DNA from: a bacterium
Lineage (GTDB): Bacteria > Electryoneota > Electryoneia > Electryoneales > Electryoneaceae
Assembly (NCBI GenBank): GCA_963675295.2
Contig: CAXXKJ010000002.1
Coordinates: 4,096,001-4,160,000 of the forward strand
Length of the DNA stretch: 64,000 nucleotides
Direction of reading: 5' to 3'
Shown here: piece after piece, positions 28,142-36,246 of the stretch
How positions within the stretch are numbered: position 1 is the first letter of the stretch
Layout: every line of letters begins with the position of its first letter
Position numbers and translations under genes: made by a program
The notes under the pieces: model-generated
The model's input: the letters and a program-made list of their open reading frames with translations, nothing else
Database searches by the model: none
What the model was told of the DNA's origin: nothing

Positions 28142-28651
28142 CTATTTCTTCCCGAGCGCCTCGAGCGCCTTTTTCAGCGTTTCCGGATCGGCGGCTTTCA
28201 TCTGTTCGAGCATGCGTTGCCGCAGCACTGCCGGATCATTTTCGAGATCATCCTCGACGGGTAGTCCGACCAGACGTTTCACGTTTGCGACATAATTGGT
28301 AGGCTTGACCGGTTTCTCAAGGTAGATTCCCGGGCCGGACATAGTCAGCTCTTCCAGATCCGCCTTGCCCTGGTCGTCGCGGGCGTGCCCGGTGACAATC
28401 ATCACCGGAATCTTGCGCCAGTCCGGGTTTTTCTGCAGGTCGCGGTAGAATGCCGCGCCGGACCGTTTCGGCATCACCAGGTCGAGCGAAATCAGATCAG
28501 GCTTGACCTGCTTCACCAGTTCCAGCGCCTGGTAGCCGTCGGACGCGTTTTCCACGTTGAATCCGGCGTCTTCCAGCGCCATCGTCAGGTACTCACGGAC
28601 ATCATCTTCGTCATCCACGACGAGGATGAGAAAGTCTTTCGGTTCGGCCAT
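28142..28651 (-). CDS. Response regulator (receiver plus short helical tail)
   Basis: ILVVDDE, PDLISLDLVMPKRSG, IPVMIVTG, YLEKP. Confidence 0.9.
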   Translation of the reverse strand: MAEPKDFLILVVDDEDDVREYLTMALEDAGFNVENASDGYQALELVKQVKPDLISLDLVMPKRSGAAFYRDLQKNPDWRKIPVMIVTGHARDDQGKADLEELTMSGPGIYLEKPVKPTNYVANVKRLVGLPVEDDLENDPAVLRQRMLEQMKAADPETLKKALEALGKK

Positions 28652-28660
28652 GCCGGCCTC

Positions 28661-30154
28661 CTAACGGTATTGCTTCGCTTTTTCGTTGCGTTGTTGTTGT
28701 TCTTCTTCCAGCTTTACCAGCTCTGCGCGTGGCAGGCGAATGCGGAACGTCGATCCCTGGCCGGGTTCGGTGTCAACCTCGATTGTGCCACGGTGTTCCT
28801 GGACGATCTTACGGGTGGTCAGCAGCCCGAGGCCGGTCCCCTCCCCACCCTTGGTGGTAAAGAAGGTGGTGAACACGCGGCGCTTGACATCCGCGTCCAT
28901 CCCGATCCCGTTGTCCTGCACCTCGAAGACCAGCTCGCCGTCCCGGTCGAATGCCGACATGGTGACCACCCCGCCGCCGCCTTCACGGACGGACGCTGCG
29001 TCGATGCCATTGCTCAGCAGGTTGGTGAGGCACGCCTCGATCCCCTCACGGTCAAGAGAAGCGGGTTCCGGCAACGGCGTTTCGCCATGAACCAGCTCCA
29101 CTCCCTGCCGTTTCGCCGCGTCAACATACAGTTCGATCACTTCGTCGATGATGTCACCGGGATTGAGCGGAATCAACGCGGGCACACGTCCCTTGGCGAA
29201 CGAGAGGAAATCGCGCACCATTGACGTGGTCTTCTCGAAGTTGCGCTGCAGCATGTCCCAGCCGCGTTCAAGCCGGGCTTCGTCGCCCTTCTTGAGGCCA
29301 CTGTCGACCATGTACATCCCGCCTTCGAGGCCCATCAGCAGGTTCTTGATCGTGTGCGCGAGCCCGGCGACGGTCTGTCCCACCGCGACCAGACGTTCAT
29401 TGTCGAGCACTTCCTTCTCGAGACGGTGCAGCTCGGTAACGTCGGTGGAAATCTCGATGACGCGGTCGACGCCGTCCGGTCCCCATGAAAGCGGTGACAC
29501 GGTAACGACGTAGCGTGCGAGCTCGCCGTCATGCGTTACGCCTTCCTGTGTCGAACTGTGTTCCTTACCGTCCTTGAAGGTTTGCATCGCCGGGCAGTCG
29601 GTGCAGGGGATATTGCGACCCTTGTACACCTTGTAGCACGGCGCGCCGTCGGCCCGTCCGAACGTGCGTTCGAGCTTGCCGTTGGCGTGGACGATGTTCA
29701 GGTCACGATCGAGAATCGAAATGTAGCAGGGAACGTGTTCGAACAGCCGGTCGAACTCACGTTTCCAGCGCTTCGTCTCGGTCAGCTTGCTGGCGAGGAT
29801 CAGGACATGATCCGGTTTGCCGTCCTTCTCCAGCGCGATCGGTTTGTAGTAGACGGAGACCTGAATGTCGCGGCCGTGGCGATCAACGAGAATTTCGTCC
29901 GAAACGCGCACCTGGTTTTCCGTCAGGCAAACGTCGGCCTCGCACGACAGGCAGGGCTGGTAGGTCTGCTTCAAGGCTTCATGGCAGATCCGTCCCCGAA
30001 ACACTCCGAAGACGTCCTCGAACCGCTTGTTGACGGCCCGGACACGTTTGTCCGGGCCAATCAACGCGGCTCCCATCGGCAGCTCGTCAAACAGCGATTC
30101 GCTGAGGAACGTCTGCAAGGCGGCATCTTTTGTGCCAGCCGCACTCATTCCCAT
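28661..30154 (-). CDS. Cytoplasmic sensor histidine kinase with two Cys-rich PAS domains
   Basis: PAS motifs CHEALKQTYQPCLSC and CYKVYKGRNIPCTDCP; H-box AGLAHTIKN; NLLSNGIDA, DNGIG, FFTTK, GTGLGL. Confidence 0.92.
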   Translation of the reverse strand: MGMSAAGTKDAALQTFLSESLFDELPMGAALIGPDKRVRAVNKRFEDVFGVFRGRICHEALKQTYQPCLSCEADVCLTENQVRVSDEILVDRHGRDIQVSVYYKPIALEKDGKPDHVLILASKLTETKRWKREFDRLFEHVPCYISILDRDLNIVHANGKLERTFGRADGAPCYKVYKGRNIPCTDCPAMQTFKDGKEHSSTQEGVTHDGELARYVVTVSPLSWGPDGVDRVIEISTDVTELHRLEKEVLDNERLVAVGQTVAGLAHTIKNLLMGLEGGMYMVDSGLKKGDEARLERGWDMLQRNFEKTTSMVRDFLSFAKGRVPALIPLNPGDIIDEVIELYVDAAKRQGVELVHGETPLPEPASLDREGIEACLTNLLSNGIDAASVREGGGGVVTMSAFDRDGELVFEVQDNGIGMDADVKRRVFTTFFTTKGGEGTGLGLLTTRKIVQEHRGTIEVDTEPGQGSTFRIRLPRAELVKLEEEQQQRNEKAKQYR

Positions 30155-32031
30155 GAATCTCCGTTGGTGTTGGGTACAATCACCTTGCCCGACGTCGGAT
30201 ATTCATCCGGTCCGACGTCCGCCAGGGTGCGATGTTCGTGATGGCAGAATCCACACTGCTGGAAGTCTTCGATGCCCCATTCATCCGCGATCTGGTGATG
30301 GCAGTCGAGGCAGATGCCGTGCAACGCGTCCGCATACGACGGCGCCATGTACTGCTTCACCGGATGTTGGAAGGATGGCGCTCCGCCTTCCACCTGTTCC
30401 GGAATCAGGTCGTGGTGGCATTCGACACACTTGATCGCCGTACTCGCCTGGCGAATCTCCCCCTTGGGATGGCATTGTCCGCAGGACAAGTTCGCTCCAT
30501 TAGGATCGGAATGCCAACTGTGCCGGAACGCATCGGTCGCGCTGTACATATCCTGGTGGCAACTGGAGCACTCGGTGTTCCGGTCGCCGGGCATGTTCAT
30601 GTGGTGGCACGTCACACAGCCGTTGTACATGTCTTCCGCCATTTCGGCGTGAACGGCATGCGTGAACGGAACGCCGAACGCGTCTCGGTTGCCATCTACC
30701 CACAGCGTGTCACCACCGCGCGCAGCATATGCCGGAGTGGGCTCGACACCCTTGCTGCGCACCGATTCACCGGACAGCAGCATGAAACCGAGACCAACAG
30801 CCAGCACGAAGGACAGCGAGAAACGTGTCCGGTCGGCAAAGGACGGTGTCCCCAGCCAGGTACGGGTCAGGTTATCGAACATCGGTTTGGTCTTTGGATC
30901 TTCCTCCGCGTCATGCGGGGTCGATTCGAGAATGTGGAAGTGTTCGACGAGCCACAGGAAGACCAGGCCGGCCACCGAGACCACGCCGAAGCTGATCGCA
31001 AATTCGGTCCACGATGGCAGGTAGGCTTCGATACCACGGCCGGTGTGCATCACGCCGCCGGTGTTGATGCGGTTGATGACCACACCGAGCACACCGAGGA
31101 ACGAAACCAGCCATAACGCGCCATCCTTACGCCGGACAGCCTTGACCGTGGTCAACATCCCCGGAATCGCCAGCAATCCGATTTCGACCCAGAACGCGAT
31201 CGCGCGCCAGTCGGTTGAGAAGGCATGGTGGATCTGGCCACGCACGATCAGGTCGCCGAAGCGGACACCAAGGTAGGCGAGAATGATCCACGGCGTCGCG
31301 CGGTTCAATTTGGCCAGCATGATGCGGTGGCTGTGACGGCGATAGATCCAGCTGGTCGTGTGTCCTTCGAACGTGACCATGAACAGACCGAGCGCCATCG
31401 CCGAGATGAAGAACATGATCGGCAGGATCGGGCTGTACCACAGCGGGTGAACACGGTACGGCATGATGGTGAACAGCGTGCCAAGGCTCGACTGATGCAG
31501 CGTCGACAGGCTGATGCCCGCGATGACCAGCGGAATGCGGAACTTGGTCAACGTGTCGTGGATCTTCTTCCAGCGGCTCTGGCCCTCAAGCGGGACGGGA
31601 AGGAATTCCAGCGTCAACACACTGAGGTACAGCATCACGCACCAGCCGACTTCAAACAGCGGGCTGTGCGGATTCCAGAAGACGATCATATGCCAGATAT
31701 TCCACGGCAGGCCGAGGTCGAACATCAGGCCGAGCACCACGGCGATGTAGCCGAGGAACGCGGTCAGCACGGCCGGGCGCACGATCGGGTAGAATTCCTT
31801 CAACTGGAAGATGTAGACGACGGCGGTCAAGACAAACCCACCGGCGGCGAGGGCGACGCCACTCATCACGTCGAACCCGATCCAGAATCCCCACGGAACT
31901 CCGTCCGACAAGTTCGTCGTCGCGCCGAGCCCGAAGGTGAAGCGCGTGATTGCGACGGCGAGCGCGAGTCCGGTGATCGCCCAGAGGATGCTCTTCAGGA
32001 CACGTGCTCTGTCCAGGCGAATGTCAGCCAT
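30145..32031 (-). CDS. NrfD/HybB(HmcC)-family membrane protein fused to a C-terminal hexahaem cytochrome c
   Basis: TNLSDGVPWGFWIGFDV..GVALAAGGF, DLGLPW, SPLFEVGWCV, LSTLHQSSLG, HPLW; six CxxCH motifs (CVTCH, CSSCH, CGQCH, CVECH, CLDCH, CGFCH). Confidence 0.9.
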   Translation of the reverse strand: MADIRLDRARVLKSILWAITGLALAVAITRFTFGLGATTNLSDGVPWGFWIGFDVMSGVALAAGGFVLTAVVYIFQLKEFYPIVRPAVLTAFLGYIAVVLGLMFDLGLPWNIWHMIVFWNPHSPLFEVGWCVMLYLSVLTLEFLPVPLEGQSRWKKIHDTLTKFRIPLVIAGISLSTLHQSSLGTLFTIMPYRVHPLWYSPILPIMFFISAMALGLFMVTFEGHTTSWIYRRHSHRIMLAKLNRATPWIILAYLGVRFGDLIVRGQIHHAFSTDWRAIAFWVEIGLLAIPGMLTTVKAVRRKDGALWLVSFLGVLGVVINRINTGGVMHTGRGIEAYLPSWTEFAISFGVVSVAGLVFLWLVEHFHILESTPHDAEEDPKTKPMFDNLTRTWLGTPSFADRTRFSLSFVLAVGLGFMLLSGESVRSKGVEPTPAYAARGGDTLWVDGNRDAFGVPFTHAVHAEMAEDMYNGCVTCHHMNMPGDRNTECSSCHQDMYSATDAFRHSWHSDPNGANLSCGQCHPKGEIRQASTAIKCVECHHDLIPEQVEGGAPSFQHPVKQYMAPSYADALHGICLDCHHQIADEWGIEDFQQCGFCHHEHRTLADVGPDEYPTSGKVIVPNTNGDSWE

Positions 32032-32842
32032 TGCTCTTACCCTCCGGGTGGTGGTTCGCGGAATGATCCTGGTTCTGCTGGTTTTTCATCCGGCGCTTGA
32101 TGATCCAGTACACACCGGTCATCGTACCGGCCATTCCGGCAAACACCGGCGGCACCGCACCCATCGCGGTTTTAGTGCGTGCGGGCAGAGTCTGATCGCT
32201 CAACTTGCTGCCGTAGGACAGGAAGCTGAGGTCGGTGTTCGAGATGTAGAGAACGCTTGTCCCGCCGACTTCATGCTCACCCCAGACATGCTGGATGTAG
32301 CGGTCGGGGTATTTCTCGAGCCGCTCGTGCGCGATCTTAAGCAGTTCCTCGCGGGTACCGAAGATCGTCGCCCCGGTTGGGCAGGCTTCGGTGCAGGCCG
32401 GTTTTTCGCCGGCTTTCAGGTGATCGTTACAGAGGATGCACTTTCGAACGTAGGGAACGCTCTGATCCCAGTCGTACCGTGGCACGCCGTACGGGCATGC
32501 CATCATGCAGTAGCGGCAGCCCATGCACTTGTCGCCGTCATAGACGACCGCGCCGGTTTCCGGATCTTTCTGCAACGCGCCCACCGGGCAGACCGACGCG
32601 CAGGCCGGTTCTTCGCAGTGCCGGCATTGCTTTCGGACGAAGGCCGGGTCGCCGTTGGGCAGCTCTTTTTCAATGATCGACGTCCAGTTGCGGGCGGACA
32701 GTCCGTCATCCAGCGACCAGCGCCGGGGAACGTCCGCTTCGAGATGGTTGCGCCGTTTGCAGGCGGCCACGCATTCGCGGCAGCCGATGCACTTGGTCGT
32801 GTCCGTGAGGATGCCGACGCCGTTTTCAACATGCACGCTCAT
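32024..32842 (-). CDS. 4x[4Fe-4S] ferredoxin subunit (HybA/HmcB/DsrO-like) with C-terminal anchor
   Basis: CIGCRECVAAC, CRHCEEPACASVCP, CMGCRYCMMACP, KCILC...PACTEACP; C-terminal transmembrane helix. Confidence 0.92.
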   Translation of the reverse strand: MSVHVENGVGILTDTTKCIGCRECVAACKRRNHLEADVPRRWSLDDGLSARNWTSIIEKELPNGDPAFVRKQCRHCEEPACASVCPVGALQKDPETGAVVYDGDKCMGCRYCMMACPYGVPRYDWDQSVPYVRKCILCNDHLKAGEKPACTEACPTGATIFGTREELLKIAHERLEKYPDRYIQHVWGEHEVGGTSVLYISNTDLSFLSYGSKLSDQTLPARTKTAMGAVPPVFAGMAGTMTGVYWIIKRRMKNQQNQDHSANHHPEGKSNG

Positions 32843-33558
32843 GCCGGGATCTCCTCTCGCATTTTTTCACGTCCCAGGGTGACCATCACCTTGTCGCCAG
32901 CACCCTTCGGGAATTTCCACGCCGCAGCGGCGATGTACCGTCCGAGCGGGAACAGGGCGACGTGGGCGATCTTGGTGAACGGGATCAGGATCAGGATCAG
33001 CACCGCGCTCAGGGCATGCAGCAGCATCATCCACTGGTACACCTTCGCAGCGAGGACGACATTCGTCATGAAGATGCCGGTGATGAACGGCACCAGCAGC
33101 AGGCTGACGAAGAAGTAGTCCGGCCCGCGCGAGATGCGACGGGATGCGTCGTTCAGCGACCGTGCCAGCAGCAGGTAGATTCCGCCGCCGATCGTGGTCA
33201 GTGTCAGGATGTGCGCCAGTGTCTGCGGCATCCAGAAGCCCCACGACAGCCCGGTGTTCTTGTCCCACAGGATGACGTGGGACGAGTAGAACAGCGGCAC
33301 GAGGATCAGGCCGACGTGAAACAGGATCGACACGAGGCTGTACAGCGTGCGATGTTTCGGGATGTGTTTCACTGGCACGAACCAGCTGACAGTGGTGCGG
33401 AACAGATCGCCCCAGGGCACATTCCGCTCACCCGCGCGGCGCAACATCATGTAGATGTCGCTCACCGACAGCAGCAGCACCCGCACCAGCCCGAACAGGC
33501 AGATGGCGAATGCGAGGCGGAACAGCGGCCCAGTCGTAAACTCGATCAGGGCATCCAC
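32839..33558 (-). CDS. NarI-type dihaem cytochrome b membrane subunit (HmcE/TmcC/DsrM-like)
   Basis: About five transmembrane helices; His pairs FHVGLILVPLFYSSH and LHALSAVLILILIPFTKIAH. Confidence 0.85.
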   Translation of the reverse strand: MDALIEFTTGPLFRLAFAICLFGLVRVLLLSVSDIYMMLRRAGERNVPWGDLFRTTVSWFVPVKHIPKHRTLYSLVSILFHVGLILVPLFYSSHVILWDKNTGLSWGFWMPQTLAHILTLTTIGGGIYLLLARSLNDASRRISRGPDYFFVSLLLVPFITGIFMTNVVLAAKVYQWMMLLHALSAVLILILIPFTKIAHVALFPLGRYIAAAAWKFPKGAGDKVMVTLGREKMREEIPA

Positions 33559-33583
33559 GTTTTTCCTCCAGATCTATGTTGTG

Positions 33584-33712
33584 CAGTTATCAGTTTTCAG
33601 TTGTCAGTTGTCAGGCTCGTTCTTCAAGTGCCGCTATCATGGATTGCATTGACCGATGCTTTGTTTGCGTGTCTTTGCACTGATAACTGACCACTGAGAA
33701 CTGAGCACTGAC
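33584..33712. repeat. Inverted pair of 7-bp tandem arrays
   Basis: (CAGTTNT)x4 plus CAG at 33584-33614, and (ACTGANN)x5 at 33679-33712, in opposite orientation around a ~64-bp spacer. Confidence 0.75.
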
Positions 33713-33713
33713 G

Positions 33714-35216
33714 TCACGCCTTGGCTTCCTCGGGCGGCGTGAAATCTTCGTCGCCACCCATCCAGTCGAAGTCGTCTTCTTCCGGCTCACGCCACGCGAC
33801 GCCGTCCGGCGACAGTACCAGCGCCTTGTAGATCAGGTCGTGCAATCCGACCAGCTCCACCGGCATCTCGTTGTCTTCGAGCAGCTCACGGATCTGCTTC
33901 TTGCAGTTCGCGCACGGCGCAATCACAATCTCCGCGCCGGTTTTGTCGATCTGCTCGGCCTTTTTCCGGCCGCCAATGGTGGTGCGCCACGGACGGATCT
34001 CGTCGATCGACACCGTCCCGCCGCCACCGCCACAGCAGTAGTTGTCACGCCGGTTCGGGGTCATTTCAACGAAGTCCGGGATGAACTCCTTGATGATTTC
34101 GCGCGGTTGTTCCAGGATCCAGCCCGGGCGGGCGATGTTGCACGGATCGTGGTAGGTGACCTTCTGGGTGACGATCGTCTTGTCGAAGGTCAGCTTGCCG
34201 GCTTTCATCGCATCGTAAGTGTATTCCATGATGTTGACGACCGGCATGTGGCAGATCTTGCTGAAGTTGTTGAGGAAGAACTTCGCAGACCGGCTCGCAT
34301 GGCCACACTCACCGACGAGGATCTTCGTGCAGCCGAGACGCTGTGCTTCGGCCTCGATGTTGTTGACCAGCTTTTCGAGCACCTGGTCGCTGTAGAACAG
34401 ACCGTAGTTGATCGCGTCGTAGTTCTTCGTACCGATGGTCCATGACCCGTCGGTCGCGTGCATCACGCAGGCGATGCCCATCAACGTTTCCGCTTCCATC
34501 ATGTAGTCGGAGACCGGGGCGACGAACAGGTATTCCGCGCCTTGCTGATCAACCGGGAATTTCACCGGCGCGTTTTTCGTGCCTTCCATTTCCTCTTCCA
34601 TGAACTCGAGGCTGTCGAGCAGCGCGGGCAACGGAATCGCGGAGGTGTTGTGCGTGTCGCCGCTGATCTGTTCCCGTGTCGACACCACCAGCGCACGCGG
34701 AACGATGCCGATTTCCGCCAGGATCCAGCGTCCGAGGTGCGTCACCAGGCCGTGGTCGATGCCCATCGGGCAGGCGTTGACGCAACGACGGCAGGCGGTG
34801 CAATCGTAGTAGGATCCGGCCATCTCTTCGATGATCTCGTCAGTGATGCCGATGTCGCCGGTGATACGCGCGCGGATACGTCCACCGAGTGTGAAGTGCC
34901 GGCGGTAGATATCCAGCAGCATGCTGCTGCGGTAACACGGTACATGCTCCGGCTTTCCGGTCACTTCGTAGATCGGGCAGCTCACCGCGCAGCGTGCGCA
35001 CTTGGCGGTGACGCGCGAAAAATGGTCGAGCGCGAATCCGTAGTTGGTGTGCTTCAGGATCGCGGCCATCGCACGAAGGAATTTCTCCGGACGGTCTTCG
35101 GTTTCAACGCCGTTCTCGACGTGATAGCGGACCGGGAGTTTCTGAGCCTTGACCACCTCGTCCTTCTTCGGGATGGCGTACGCTTTTTCCAATCGTTCCG
35201 GTGTGATGCTGTTCAT
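33714..35216 (-). CDS. Heterodisulfide-reductase-like Fe-S protein (HmcF/TmcB/DsrK-like, CCG domain)
   Basis: CARCAVSCP, CTACRRCVNACPMGID, GECGHA, TYHDPCNIAR, CCGGGGG, APCANC. Confidence 0.88.
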   Translation of the reverse strand: MNSITPERLEKAYAIPKKDEVVKAQKLPVRYHVENGVETEDRPEKFLRAMAAILKHTNYGFALDHFSRVTAKCARCAVSCPIYEVTGKPEHVPCYRSSMLLDIYRRHFTLGGRIRARITGDIGITDEIIEEMAGSYYDCTACRRCVNACPMGIDHGLVTHLGRWILAEIGIVPRALVVSTREQISGDTHNTSAIPLPALLDSLEFMEEEMEGTKNAPVKFPVDQQGAEYLFVAPVSDYMMEAETLMGIACVMHATDGSWTIGTKNYDAINYGLFYSDQVLEKLVNNIEAEAQRLGCTKILVGECGHASRSAKFFLNNFSKICHMPVVNIMEYTYDAMKAGKLTFDKTIVTQKVTYHDPCNIARPGWILEQPREIIKEFIPDFVEMTPNRRDNYCCGGGGGTVSIDEIRPWRTTIGGRKKAEQIDKTGAEIVIAPCANCKKQIRELLEDNEMPVELVGLHDLIYKALVLSPDGVAWREPEEDDFDWMGGDEDFTPPEEAKA

Positions 35217-35232
35217 GGCGTTTCCTGTGGGT

Positions 35233-36042
35233 TCACGGCTGCCGTTGTATGTCGGTCCCGTGTTTCACGGTTGTGTTCAGTTCCGGATGGCCGTTGATGC
35301 GGCCTTTCAGCGGCGGCAGGTGCAGGCCTGCCATGCTCGCCGGTTGAAACGCGGACGGATCGAGCAACTCGATGCCGTACGCGGCGCAATACTTGACAGC
35401 GGCATTCAGCGGCGGATGCACATACAGACGGCAGTTGTAGCCGGTCGAGGTGATGCGATGAAACTCGCCAATCTCCTCGTCCACCCGCCACGCGTGCGCC
35501 CCGCAACAGATCGCTGCACGCACCGGCTTGCCGCAATCCGGGCAGATGCGTTCCGCGACCAGGTCCATCGGCGACAGGTTCGGACCGTCGACCCGGTTGA
35601 CTGTCCAGCCAAGTGATTCCAGCAGGTCGCTGGTCCACGCGACCGCGTCCGCCGCGACCGGGCCGGACATCGGGATGTCGCTGTCTTCGTCCGTCACGCC
35701 ACCCAGCCGTCCCGCGAGATAGCCGAAGAGCACGTCCACCGCAGTGCCGCTGACTCCGTGGATGACGTCGACATCTTCCGCCCGCAACAGCCGGCGTGTC
35801 GCTTTTTTGATCCCATTCGCGAGCACGATGGTCACGCCCAGTTCACGCATCATGCGGATGCGGGCGACCTCATCCTCACCTTCCGGGGCGATTTCACGGC
35901 ACTCGTGAATGCCCTCGGAGGACACATCCCAGATCCGGAACCGTCCCGCCGCTTCGAACAGCGGCGCGACTTCCTCAACGAAACACGGCACGGCGATGCG
36001 TGCGTTTTCCGTGTTGAGTGTCCATGTGAAGGGTGTGTTCAC
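35233..36042 (-). CDS. NifB/NifX (FeMo-cofactor-binding / orange-protein-like) domain fused to a Cys-rich C-terminal domain
   Basis: N-terminal RIAVPCF..EVAPLFEAAGRF.I.D...GV..VLANGI...L....V.VI.GV.G pattern; C-terminal CPDC, CCGAH. Confidence 0.72.
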   Translation of the reverse strand: MNTPFTWTLNTENARIAVPCFVEEVAPLFEAAGRFRIWDVSSEGIHECREIAPEGEDEVARIRMMRELGVTIVLANGIKKATRRLLRAEDVDVIHGVSGTAVDVLFGYLAGRLGGVTDEDSDIPMSGPVAADAVAWTSDLLESLGWTVNRVDGPNLSPMDLVAERICPDCGKPVRAAICCGAHAWRVDEEIGEFHRITSTGYNCRLYVHPPLNAAVKYCAAYGIELLDPSAFQPASMAGLHLPPLKGRINGHPELNTTVKHGTDIQRQP

Positions 36043-36082
36043 GAAAATTCCGAAAGTTGTCTGTTCTCTGTCACACTACACT

Positions 36083-36098
36083 TGCCAACTTTGTGCCA
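36083..36098 (-). promoter_or_regulatory. Sigma-54 -24/-12 promoter
   Basis: The minus strand reads TGGCACAAAGTTGGCA (GG-N10-GC), about 40 bp upstream of the operon's first start codon and next to a sigma54 activator gene. Confidence 0.8.
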
Positions 36099-36160
36099 AA
36101 TGGTGCAAGTACATCTAAATAAAATAGAGTCATAGAGTTAACAGTCGATAGACGCTTGCT

Positions 36161-36236
36161 GCTGTTGCAACTGTTGCAACGATTTCGCCTGATTGGTGTT
36201 GCAAATCGACACAGAAGCAACGGCGACTGTTGCAAC
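36161..36236. promoter_or_regulatory. Putative enhancer (UAS) array of TGTTGCA/GTTGCAAC motifs
   Basis: TGTTGCA at 36163, 36172, 36197 and 36228, 65-140 bp upstream of the -24 box; the motif recurs at 37810-37828 and 37959-37990. Confidence 0.55.
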
Positions 36237-36246
36237 GCTGTTTCGT

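Noticed and set aside
30145-32842. Calling these genes hybB/hybA of a NiFe hydrogenase-2
   Set aside because: No hydrogenase large or small subunit or maturation gene is nearby; the partners are HmcE/HmcF-like.
34990-35020. Selenocysteine at the missing first Cys of the HmcF-like protein
   Set aside because: The codon is ACC (Thr) and the frame has no internal TGA.
35233-36042. Nitrogen-fixation gene, or an active restriction enzyme
   Set aside because: There is no nifHDK, and NifX-like domains are common outside diazotrophs. The Mrr-like half lacks the QxK catalytic motif and has no defence context.
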